The notes beneath the pieces are model-generated. The model did no database searches and had not been told where the DNA came from. It worked only from the letters and a program-made list of their open reading frames with translations. This document shows, piece after piece, positions 32,037 to 40,584 of a stretch of DNA of 64,000 bases; positions within the stretch are counted from its first letter, which is position 1; every line of letters begins with the position of its first letter. This stretch comes from Candidatus Multivoradales bacterium (GTDB lineage: Bacteria > Acidobacteriota > Thermoanaerobaculia > Multivoradales > JAHEKO01): positions 1,792,001-1,856,000 of the forward strand of contig CBDCXM010000009.1 of the NCBI GenBank assembly GCA_965223855.1, written 5' to 3'. The translations under genes and the position numbers were made by a program.

Positions 32037-32692
32037 CGCCGGCGCATCCGCGCTCTGCGCCGATCCCGCGCCTCTATGCCATCGCGGATGCCGACGCGCT
32101 GCGGCCGGCAGAGCTTTCGGAGGGAGTTGCGCGCCTGGCCGGGGCCGGGCTGGGGTGGATTCAGATTCGGGCGAAGGGGCTCGCAGACGCCGCGCTGTGG
32201 GCCGAAGTCGAGAAGAGCGCGCGGGCCGCGGAGGAGCACGGCGCCTGTCTGTGGATCAACGACCGCGTGGATCTCGCGCTCGCGTCGGGCGCCTTCGGGG
32301 TTCACCTGGGGCAGCAGGATCTCGCTGCCGAGGCCGCCCGGCGGATCCTCGGGCCCGAGACGTGGATCGGCGCCTCGACCCATCGCCGATCGGAAGTGAC
32401 GGCAGCGGTCGGCAACGCGGCGGTCGACGTCGTCGCGGTAGGGCCGGTCTTCGCGACATCGAGCAAGGAGAATGCGGAGCCGGTAGTCGGTCTGGAACTG
32501 GTGCGTTGGGCCGCGTCGAGAACGGACAAGCCGATCGTCGCGATCGGCGGCCTCGACGCGGGCAGGGCTTCGGAGGCGCTGGCAGCCGGTGCCTCCTCGG
32601 CGGCGGTTCTCGGCGCGCTCACGGCTGGCCTTTCCTCCGGACACTCGCTGGAGGCCAACGTGCGGGCGCTGCTCACCGCGGTCGACGCCTGA
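32033..32692 (+). CDS. thiE: Thiamine phosphate synthase
   Basis: Frame extends 5' of the listed ORF: [49 protein letters not shown]; CTG start overlapping accC TGA. Confidence 0.88.
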
Positions 32693-32750
32693 TCGGGGTG
32701 CGTGCGAGAATGCCTCGAAATCCGTAGAAGTTGGAGATCCGGAGGTTGCG

Positions 32751-34190
32751 ATGAGTGCTCGAGAGCAGTTCGGCAGTCGCTGGGGGCTGGTGCTCGCCAC
32801 CCTCGGGATGGCGGTCGGTACCGGCAACATCTGGCGCTTCCCGCGCATCGTCGCGACCAACGGCGGCGGCAGCTTTCTCGTCGCGTGGGTCGTCTTCCTG
32901 CTGATGTGGTCGATCCCGCTGATGATGGCGGAATTCGCCTTCGGCAAGCGCACCCGCAAGGGGACGATCGGTGCGGTGGGAGAGCTCGCCGGCGAGAAGT
33001 TCGCCTGGATGGGTGGCTGGGCGGCACTGTGCGCCACGGCGATCGGTTTCTACTACTCGGTCGTCGCCGGCTGGTGCGTCCGCTACCTGTGGGCCTCGCT
33101 CACCGGAGAGCTGGCGCGCGTCCCCTCGGCACAGCTCTGGGCGAGCTTCACCGGCTCCTGGCAGCCGGTGGTCACCCATCTGATCGTCATCTCGACCTGC
33201 GTCTCGATCGTCTGGTTCGGCGTTCGCGGTATCGAGCGGGTGGCGAAGATCCTGATCCCGACGCTCTTCGTCCTGGTGGTGGTTCTCGCCGTGCGGGCGC
33301 TGACCCTGCCGGGCGCCGAGCGCGGGCTTGATTTCCTGTTCCGCCCCGACTGGTCGGCACTCGCCGACTACCGCATCTGGCTGGCGGCGCTCACCCAGAA
33401 CGCCTGGGACACCGGCGCCGGCTGGGGGCTGATCCTCACCTATGCCGTCTACATGAAGCAGCGCGAGGACGTTCCGCTCAACGCGTGCCTGATCGGCTTC
33501 GGCAACAACTCCGTGTCGCTCCTTGCCGGCATCATGGTGCTGTGCACCGTCTTCGCCATCAATCCGGACGCGCAGGCGGAGATCGTCGGTGCCGGCAACG
33601 AAGGGTTGACCTTCACGTGGATGCCGCAGCTTTTCGCCGAGATGCCGGGCGGCTCGTTCTTCATGATCCTCTTCTTCCTGGCGCTGACCTTCGCCGCGAC
33701 GACCAGCATGATCTCGATGCTCGAGCTCGCGGCGCGCAATCTGATGGACCGCGGCATTCCTCGCCGGAAGGCGGTGGCGACCATCGGTGCAGCGGTGGCG
33801 GTGTTCGGTATCCCGTCGGCGTTGTCGCTCGATGTCTTCAACAACCAGGACTGGGTGTGGGGGGTCGGCCTGATGCTTTCGGGTCTCTTCTTCGCCCTCG
33901 TCGCCCGTCGTTTCGGCCTCGAGAAGCTGCGCAACGAAGAGCTCAACGGTGAGGGCAGCGATCTGAGGGTCGGTCGCTGGTGGAACTTCGCCCTCGGGGT
34001 TCTGGTGCCGGTTCAGGCGGTGATCCTGATGGTCTGGTGGCTCTACTCGGCCGCCCAGGACAATCCGGACTGGCTGAAGGTCCTCCATCCCTACAGCGTC
34101 GGCACGGTGCTGGTGCAGTGGGCGATCGGCCTGACGGCATTGATTCTGTACAACCGGTGGCGCCTCAAGCGCCGGGGGGCGAAGTCATGA
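32751..34190 (+). CDS. Sodium-dependent transporter, NSS/SNF family
   Basis: REQFGSRWG..AVGTGNIWRFP..NGGGSF; about 12 TMs. Confidence 0.93.
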   Translation: MSAREQFGSRWGLVLATLGMAVGTGNIWRFPRIVATNGGGSFLVAWVVFLLMWSIPLMMAEFAFGKRTRKGTIGAVGELAGEKFAWMGGWAALCATAIGFYYSVVAGWCVRYLWASLTGELARVPSAQLWASFTGSWQPVVTHLIVISTCVSIVWFGVRGIERVAKILIPTLFVLVVVLAVRALTLPGAERGLDFLFRPDWSALADYRIWLAALTQNAWDTGAGWGLILTYAVYMKQREDVPLNACLIGFGNNSVSLLAGIMVLCTVFAINPDAQAEIVGAGNEGLTFTWMPQLFAEMPGGSFFMILFFLALTFAATTSMISMLELAARNLMDRGIPRRKAVATIGAAVAVFGIPSALSLDVFNNQDWVWGVGLMLSGLFFALVARRFGLEKLRNEELNGEGSDLRVGRWWNFALGVLVPVQAVILMVWWLYSAAQDNPDWLKVLHPYSVGTVLVQWAIGLTALILYNRWRLKRRGAKS

Positions 34191-34294
34191 GCCAGAGCGC
34201 CGTGGTGATGATGGTGCTGATGTGCGGGTTCGTCTGGGGCGGCTTCCTGCTGCTGCTGCGCAGGGCGATCCGCAGCGAGAGTCGAAAGCGCTGA
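34187..34294 (+). CDS. MetS-type NSS transporter small subunit (35 aa)
   Basis: MSQSAVVMMVLMCGFVWGGFLLLL, WGG motif; ATGA-coupled to the NSS gene. Confidence 0.8.
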   Translation: MSQSAVVMMVLMCGFVWGGFLLLLRRAIRSESRKR

Positions 34295-34797
34295 CGCCAC
34301 TGCGGGTCTTCCTGACCGGCTTCATGGGAGCCGGAAAGACGACGCTCGGCCGGGCGCTCGCCGAGCGGGCCGCGGTTGCCTTCATGGACGTCGACGCCGA
34401 GATCGAGGCGGCGGACGGGCGAACGATCGTCGAGATCTTCGCCGAGGAGGGAGAGGAGGCGTTCCGGGCGATCGAAGGCTGTGTCCTGCGGGAGCTCGAC
34501 CTGCCGGCGGAGTTCGTCGTCGCGACCGGTGGCGGCGTGCCCGTCGAGCCCGAGCAGCGAGCGTGGCTGCGCGATCGGGGGACGATCGTGTGGGTCGATG
34601 TCCCGTTCGAGGAGTTGGAGCGGCGCCTCGCCGGCGACGCGACCCGGCCGCTGTGGCGCGATCCCGGGCGGGCCAGGGAGCTGCTCGAGGCGCGGAGGGA
34701 GAGCTATGCCGACTGTGACGTGCACTTCGAGCCCGGCGATGTCTCGATCGCCGACACGGTCGACCTTCTGTTGGAGCGGCTCTCGAAGCCGGCCTGA
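34291..34797 (+). CDS. aroK: Shikimate kinase
   Basis: LTGFMGAGKTT, EGEEAFR, VATGGG, RPL; likely CTG start overlapping the previous TGA. Confidence 0.92.
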   Translation: MTPLRVFLTGFMGAGKTTLGRALAERAAVAFMDVDAEIEAADGRTIVEIFAEEGEEAFRAIEGCVLRELDLPAEFVVATGGGVPVEPEQRAWLRDRGTIVWVDVPFEELERRLAGDATRPLWRDPGRARELLEARRESYADCDVHFEPGDVSIADTVDLLLERLSKPA

Positions 34798-34884
34798 CCA
34801 CCCCGGCCGGTTGCACCCACCGGTTGCCTCCGAAGGGGTGCACGGCTACGCTGTGAGCCGGAAGAAGGAGCTGAGGAAACGGCA

Positions 34885-35598
34885 ATGGCGACCAGCACGG
34901 TAGAGGACTATCTCAAGACCATTCTCCTTGCCGAGAGCGGCAGCTCCGGGCTGGTGGGGATGGGACGGATCTCCGAGGACCTGAGTGTCGCCCCCGGCAC
35001 CGTCACGGCGATGGTCAAGACGCTGTCTCAAAGCGGATTGGTCGACTACGAACCGTACGCCGGCGTGCGTCTCACTGAAGCGGGGCGGCAGCTCGCTCTT
35101 CACGTGCTGCGCCGGCATCGGCTGGTCGAGCTGTTTCTCGTAGAGGTGCTGGGGCTGAGCTGGAGCGAGGTACACGAGGAGGCCGAACAGCTCGAGCATG
35201 CGGTCAGCGACCGGATGATCGAGCGGATGGACGAGATGCTCGGCTTCCCGTCCGTCGATCCTCACGGGGACCCGATTCCGGATGCCGACGGGGTCCTCTC
35301 CGAGGTCACGGCGGCCGCGCTCGCGGAGAGCAGTTCCGGTGCGGTGGTCGAGATTCGACGGGTGGGAGACCAGGGCGCCGACTTTCTCAGGCTCCTCGAT
35401 CGATTGTCCCTGGTGCCGGGATCGACCGTCGAGGTGGTCGAGATCGATCCCGCCGCCGACACCGTGACCCTGCGCAACCCCTCCGGTGAACGGGTGCGCC
35501 TCGGGCTGCGCGCCGCGCGCAAGATCTTCGTCGAGCCGGTCGGACAACCCGGGCACCCGGGGCGTTCGGGGCGACTCGAGCGACCCGTCGGTGCCTGA
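34885..35598 (+). CDS. DtxR/MntR-family metal-dependent regulator with FeoA domain
   Basis: VEDYLKTI, RRHRLVELFL, VHEEAEQLEH, DPHGDPIP. Confidence 0.93.
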   Translation: MATSTVEDYLKTILLAESGSSGLVGMGRISEDLSVAPGTVTAMVKTLSQSGLVDYEPYAGVRLTEAGRQLALHVLRRHRLVELFLVEVLGLSWSEVHEEAEQLEHAVSDRMIERMDEMLGFPSVDPHGDPIPDADGVLSEVTAAALAESSSGAVVEIRRVGDQGADFLRLLDRLSLVPGSTVEVVEIDPAADTVTLRNPSGERVRLGLRAARKIFVEPVGQPGHPGRSGRLERPVGA

Positions 35599-35605
35599 GA
35601 GGGAC

Positions 35606-37609
35606 GTGGGCCTGTCGAGGAAGCTCTTCGGCGCCGTTGCGGTAGCGGCGACGGTCGTCCTGTATGGGTGCGCGGGCGGAGGCGCCCTCGAGGCGCCTGC
35701 CTCGGTACCCGGCCTCGAGGCTGCACCGCCGCCTCACCTCGAGGAGCGGGCGATGCTGCTCCTGCTCGTCGATCAGCAGCTGTTCGACCCGTTCTCGGCG
35801 CGGCGTGCTCTCGAGTTGGGGCCCGCGATGAGGATCGAAGCGGCACGGGCGATCGGCCGCGCGGGAGACCCACGAGGACGGTCGGTGCTCGAAGAGCTGT
35901 CGGTCGACGACAACGCGGAGGTTCGCAGGGAAGCGGTCTTCGCGCTGGGGGTGCTGGGCGATCCGTTGGGAGCCCAGGCGTTGCGCCGGGCGTCGAGAGA
36001 TCCCGACAGCGAGACCGGCCGGCTAGCCGTCGAAGGGTTGGCGAAGCTCGAGATCCCTCTGGCGCGCGTGCTCGAAGCCCTCGAGGGACTCGACCCGGTG
36101 GAGATGTGGAGCCGCCTGACGCCGGCGTTGCTGCGATTCCCGATCGAGACCTCGCTGCCGGTCTTGAGAAGGGCGCTCCTCGAAGGAGGGGACAACGCCT
36201 ATCGGGATGCGATGTACGTGCTGGCACGCAAGGGAACGGCCGACGTACTGCCGATTCTGCGGGAGCTGGTCGGGGACCCCGACCCGTGGCTTCGGGGTTG
36301 GGCGGCGAGGGCGCTCGGTCGCCTCGGAGGAGGAGAGGACGTCGCGCGTCTCGAGCCGCTGACGAACGACCGCGATGCGGGCGTGGTCATCCAGGCGCTG
36401 CGCTCGGCTCGACGCCTGGTCGGCGCCGGCGCCGTCGCTCCGCCGGAGTCCTGGCGGCCGGTGTTGCGGCGGTTGATGGACGATCCGCGCCCTGGAGTGA
36501 GGTTCGCCGCTATCGAAGCAGCTGGAGCGTGGGGGCGGGACGGCCTGACGGCCGAACTCGCGGAGCGGTTCGACCGCAGCAGCGGACGTGATCGCGAGCT
36601 CGCTCTGCTCGCACTCGCGGCCGCCGGAGACCCGGGGATCGCCGAGCGGGCCGGTCGTGCGGCGGCCGGAGATTCGATTGCGCTCCGCCGCAGCGCCGCA
36701 GCGGCGGCGGGCCTTGGAGGTCTCGACGCGCTGTTGGCACGCCTCGCCACTGACGAGTCGCCGGCCGTTCGGACAGCCGCGTTCGCCGAACTGCTGCGGG
36801 AGGAGACGACGTCCCGCCCCTGGGCGGTGGAGGCGCTCGCGGATCCCGACGCCGTGGTCCGCTCGCTCGGCTTCGACTGGGCGGCCGAGCATCCGGTCGT
36901 ATCGGCCGCGGAGCTGCTCACCGCCCTGGCGGGCGTCGGCAGGAGTGACGTCGATGCGCAGAGCTCAGCTGTGGCCGCCATCGCGGCGAGAGCCACCGCG
37001 GCGGAGCAGGAGCGTGAGTTGGTGGTGCCGGCGCTCGAGCTGTTCGCCCGCGAGGGAGCCGAGCGGGTGGCGGAGCGGGCGGTGGAGGCTCTCGAAGCAC
37101 TGGGGGAGAGCGTGCCCCCTCGCGCGGTGGCCGATCGCCATCGCGGGATGGAGGCGTATCGCCGGATCGCCGTGCGGGCGTCCGAGCCCCGTCGCGTGCG
37201 CTTCGAGACGGCAGCGGGCAGCTTCACTATCGAGCTCGACTGCCCCGCGACACCTCTGACATGCGTGAACTTCCTTCAGCTCGTGGGACAGGGCTTTTAC
37301 GACGGTCTCGCCTTTCATCGGGTGATTCACGACTTCGTCGTCCAGACCGGTGACCCGCGCGGCGACGGCCACGGGGGGCCCGGCTACTCGATTCGAGACG
37401 AAATCCACCATGATCGCTACGAGCGCGGCAGCGTCGGCATGGCCCTGTCCGGCCCCGATACCGGTGGTAGCCAGTTCTTCATCGCCCTTTCCGCGCAACC
37501 GCATCTCGACGGTGGCTACACCCGATTCGGCGAGGTGGTGGCAGGAGACGACCTGCTCGACTCCATCGAGCAGGGGACTGTGATCACGAGAGCGTTCGAG
37601 ATCGAGTAG
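35606..37609 (+). CDS. Lipoprotein with HEAT repeats and C-terminal cyclophilin PPIase
   Basis: LYGC lipobox; VRREAVFALG-type repeats; FHRVI..FVVQTGDP, GSQFFI, HLDGGYT. Confidence 0.88.
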   Translation: MGLSRKLFGAVAVAATVVLYGCAGGGALEAPASVPGLEAAPPPHLEERAMLLLLVDQQLFDPFSARRALELGPAMRIEAARAIGRAGDPRGRSVLEELSVDDNAEVRREAVFALGVLGDPLGAQALRRASRDPDSETGRLAVEGLAKLEIPLARVLEALEGLDPVEMWSRLTPALLRFPIETSLPVLRRALLEGGDNAYRDAMYVLARKGTADVLPILRELVGDPDPWLRGWAARALGRLGGGEDVARLEPLTNDRDAGVVIQALRSARRLVGAGAVAPPESWRPVLRRLMDDPRPGVRFAAIEAAGAWGRDGLTAELAERFDRSSGRDRELALLALAAAGDPGIAERAGRAAAGDSIALRRSAAAAAGLGGLDALLARLATDESPAVRTAAFAELLREETTSRPWAVEALADPDAVVRSLGFDWAAEHPVVSAAELLTALAGVGRSDVDAQSSAVAAIAARATAAEQERELVVPALELFAREGAERVAERAVEALEALGESVPPRAVADRHRGMEAYRRIAVRASEPRRVRFETAAGSFTIELDCPATPLTCVNFLQLVGQGFYDGLAFHRVIHDFVVQTGDPRGDGHGGPGYSIRDEIHHDRYERGSVGMALSGPDTGGSQFFIALSAQPHLDGGYTRFGEVVAGDDLLDSIEQGTVITRAFEIE

Positions 37610-37651
37610 CGGTGGCTCGTCCTTCCCTGGGGCCTCTTTGGAACGGGGCGG

Positions 37652-37970
37652 AGGACGGTCGTCTTCAGAAGCCGTGAGTGCCGAGACCGGCAGAGGCTGG
37701 TGAGAAGGGACTCGGGTAGGGAAGGGGTAGCGGCGACGGTCTTCGGCTGCGACTCCCCGTGGTCGAACGAAGGGTCGCGGCCGCGTCCTTCGGGAGCCCG
37801 CGTGCGAGGGCTCGGCGATCGCAACCCGAAGGAGGCGAGTCTCCGGAAGGCGAAGAGGACTCCTGGCCCACCTGGTGGCAGAGCAGAGCTGCATGCTCGC
37901 CGGACGCCTTCCCTACCTGGACAGCGAAGCTGCATAAGTCTCGTCCGCTTCGGTCTCGAGAACGTCGTCC
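37652..37970 (+). other. Highly structured intergenic element (candidate ncRNA or non-autonomous repeat)
   Basis: Nested stems CGAGACCG/CGGTCTCG, GGTAGGGAAGG/CCTTCCCTACC, CGGCGA/TCGCCG; internal hairpins incl. TCC-TTCG-GGA; ends approximate. Confidence 0.55.
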
Positions 37971-38044
37971 CGACCACGGTCGAGAGCTCGAGGTGCGTCA
38001 ACCTGTCGAGTCTCTGGATCGCGGTTATAGACTCGCGGCGCTCG

Positions 38045-38209
38045 ATGAAAGAGACGATCGGATTCACTCTGCAGTTCCTCGCGCTGGTGCTGGTGGGTAC
38101 GGCCCTTCTGGTGGGTCTGCTCTACGATGCCCTGCGGACAGAGCTGGTGATGCTCGCCGTCGGCGGGGCGATGTTCCTGCTCGGTCGCGAGATGCAAGGC
38201 CCTCACTGA
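38045..38209 (+). CDS. Small two-TM membrane protein (54 aa)
   Basis: MKETIGFTLQFLALVLVGTALLVGLL...; genome-typical codon usage. Confidence 0.7.
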   Translation: MKETIGFTLQFLALVLVGTALLVGLLYDALRTELVMLAVGGAMFLLGREMQGPH

Positions 38210-38237
38210 GGGTCGATCCGGAATCTTGAATCGAAGC

Positions 38238-38263
38238 TGCAACCTTGATCGGCGGCGAGCGTA
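38238..38263 (+). promoter_or_regulatory. ECF (SigW-type) autoregulatory promoter
   Basis: TGCAAC-16 bp-CGTA, ending 6 nt before the sigma factor ATG. Confidence 0.7.
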
Positions 38264-38269
38264 GGAACC

Positions 38270-38854
38270 ATGGCAAGGGAGAGTCCGACACCGACCGATG
38301 TGGAGTTGGTGAACGCGACCCTCCAGGGCCGCCAGGAGTGCTTCGGTGATCTCGTCGATCGATACCAACGACCGCTGGTCAACTACCTGCACCGCATGCT
38401 GCGTCAGGCCGACGACGCGCACGACGTGGCGCAGGAAGTCTTCGTCAAGATCTATCGGGCGCTCGACCGCTATGACTCGCAGTACAAGTTCTCGACCTGG
38501 CTGTTCAGGATCGCTCAGAACGCGGCGATCGACCGCATCCGAAAACGTCGGCTTCAGGTGGTCTCTATGGACCGGCCGACCGACGATTCGGAGGACGGAA
38601 CCTGGGAATTTGCCGACGACAGTCCTGATGCGTATGCCGACGCGCGCAACCGCGAACGGCGGGACGCCATCCAGGAGGCGATCGACGCCCTCCCCTGGGA
38701 GTATCGGGAGCTGATCGTGATGCGGCACTACGGAGAGCTCTCCTACGAGGAGATCGCCCGGGCGAAGGACATGCCGTTGGGCACCGTGAAGAACAAGCTC
38801 TTCCGCGGCCGCAAGATGCTCAAGGAAGTTCTGGACGACTACCTCACGGATTGA
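38270..38854 (+). CDS. ECF RNA polymerase sigma factor (SigW/RpoE-like)
   Basis: DAHDVAQEVF, FSTWLFRIAQN, LSYEEIA, GTVKNKLFRGR. Confidence 0.95.
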   Translation: MARESPTPTDVELVNATLQGRQECFGDLVDRYQRPLVNYLHRMLRQADDAHDVAQEVFVKIYRALDRYDSQYKFSTWLFRIAQNAAIDRIRKRRLQVVSMDRPTDDSEDGTWEFADDSPDAYADARNRERRDAIQEAIDALPWEYRELIVMRHYGELSYEEIARAKDMPLGTVKNKLFRGRKMLKEVLDDYLTD

Positions 38855-38861
38855 TGCGACG

Positions 38862-39506
38862 ATGACAGACAGCACGAAAGATCGTGACGCCCTCGAGGAG
38901 CTGCTCTACCTCGAGTCAGACGGCTTCCTCGGCGAAGAGGACAAGAGCCGGTTGGACGAGGCGTGCCGCGACAACGCCGACCTGGCCCACGAGCGCGAGG
39001 AGCTGCGACTCCTGGCGACGAAGCTCGAAGAGTCGCGCATCGAGGTACGGGAGGGCTTCCGCGAGGAGTTGATGGAGTCGCTGCCGGCGGTGGGCTGGAG
39101 CTCACGCCATCCGCGCACCTGGTGGCTGGCGGCGTCGGTGCTGGCCCTGCTCGGCGGTGCGGCGGCGATGCTCACGGGTCTGAGCGCGGCCCGTCTCGAG
39201 CCGAGTTCGCCGTTCGTGGGAGCGATGCGGGCGGTGGCGGACATGATGGCCGCTTCGCTGGCCGCGGGAGCTGGGCTGGTCGGTGCGTCCTGGCAAGGTC
39301 TGGCGATGGCTCTGGAAGAGTGGATCGGCCTCTCGGCACCCAACGCGATCGCCTTCGGCGTGCTCGTCGTCGGTGTCAACTGGATGGTGTGGCGCAGTCT
39401 GCGGCGACGGGAGCGTGCGGTCGAGGCCCCTACAGCCGGACGCGTCCAGAACAGGGTGGGCCACGACAAGTCCGGCGGCGAGACCGACCGTCACGAAACC
39501 GACTAG
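38862..39506 (+). CDS. Probable membrane anti-sigma factor
   Basis: Follows ECF; degenerate ASD-like N-terminus without HxxxCxxC; TM helices. Confidence 0.7.
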   Translation: MTDSTKDRDALEELLYLESDGFLGEEDKSRLDEACRDNADLAHEREELRLLATKLEESRIEVREGFREELMESLPAVGWSSRHPRTWWLAASVLALLGGAAAMLTGLSAARLEPSSPFVGAMRAVADMMAASLAAGAGLVGASWQGLAMALEEWIGLSAPNAIAFGVLVVGVNWMVWRSLRRRERAVEAPTAGRVQNRVGHDKSGGETDRHETD

Positions 39507-39612
39507 GCGGGCTCCTCGCCACAGGTCGGGGGCGCGGGCCGGGAGCGGGTCGAGTAAGCTCTCCTTCCATGGGGGGCTCGTTCGTTTCTCTTACACCCTT
39601 GCGGGAGCGAGT

Positions 39613-40527
39613 GTGAAGTCGACCGTGTTCGCCGCCCTGCTGCTCGCCCTCTCCGGCGTGCCGGGAGCTCGGGCCGAGACGGCGATGAAGATCGTCGCCG
39701 GGTCGATTGCACGCAGCGAGGTCGTCGCCCTCGGGCGTGACCTCGTGGTGGAGGGAGAGGTGACCAGCGACGTCGCCGTAGTCAACGGCGACGCGACGGT
39801 CTCGGGGCGGATCGCCGGCGACATCGTCGTCCTCGGCGGGTCGGTGCGCCTCGAAGAGGGTGCGCAGGTCTCGGGAGACGTCTTCGCCCTCGGCGGAACG
39901 ATCGATACCGCCGGGGCGATCGAGATCGGCGGCCGCCTCGTCGCCTATCCGACGATCGGCGCAGCGTGGCTCACGCTGCTCGAAGGGCCCAGTCTCGGCC
40001 TCTCTGCCGGGTCGCGGGTGGTGCTCGCCGCAAAGCTGGCGTTGCTCACCGCCTGGCTGGCGTTGTCGCTGCTGCTCCTGGCGGTCAACGGTGGAGCGGT
40101 GCTGGCGACTTCCCAGTGGGTGCTCGCCGAGTCGCTACGCAACTTCCTGGCCGGGCTGACCGGAGTGCTGGCCCTGTTTCTCCTGGCGTTGGCGCTCGTC
40201 ACCTTCGTGCCCGGCATCGCCGGCGTGCCTCTCCTCGTACTCGTGGTCGTCTTCGGGCTGCTGCTGAAGCTCTGGGGAATGGTCGCTGTGTTCCATGCCC
40301 TCGGAGAGTGGGTCGGCAACGCGGCGCTGCGCCGCCGGATGCAGCCGCTCAACGCCGCCACCCTGGGGCTTGTGATCCTCGGCGCGATCAAGCTCCTGCC
40401 ATGGGTGGGAACGGTGGTCTGGTGGACGGCGACGTTCGTCGGAATCGGCGTCGCCCTGCGGACGAAACTCGGTCGTCACGAGCCGTGGATCGAGCCGGCG
40501 CCGCTGGCGGAACCTTCGCTGTCCTGA
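39613..40527 (+). CDS. Membrane protein with bactofilin-like beta-helix repeats
   Basis: Signal peptide; G.V.(S/G)D V...GG repeats; about 5 C-terminal TMs. Confidence 0.8.
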   Translation: MKSTVFAALLLALSGVPGARAETAMKIVAGSIARSEVVALGRDLVVEGEVTSDVAVVNGDATVSGRIAGDIVVLGGSVRLEEGAQVSGDVFALGGTIDTAGAIEIGGRLVAYPTIGAAWLTLLEGPSLGLSAGSRVVLAAKLALLTAWLALSLLLLAVNGGAVLATSQWVLAESLRNFLAGLTGVLALFLLALALVTFVPGIAGVPLLVLVVVFGLLLKLWGMVAVFHALGEWVGNAALRRRMQPLNAATLGLVILGAIKLLPWVGTVVWWTATFVGIGVALRTKLGRHEPWIEPAPLAEPSLS

Positions 40528-40584
40528 GGCGGCGCTCGCCGCGGCCTCCGGGTGTCCGAACGTAAGGGCGGCTCCAGCCTGAGT

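Noticed and set aside
37652-37970. RNase P, tmRNA, SRP or 6S RNA
   Set aside because: No GAGGAAAGUCC, tRNA-like ends, tag ORF or SRP loop recognised on either strand
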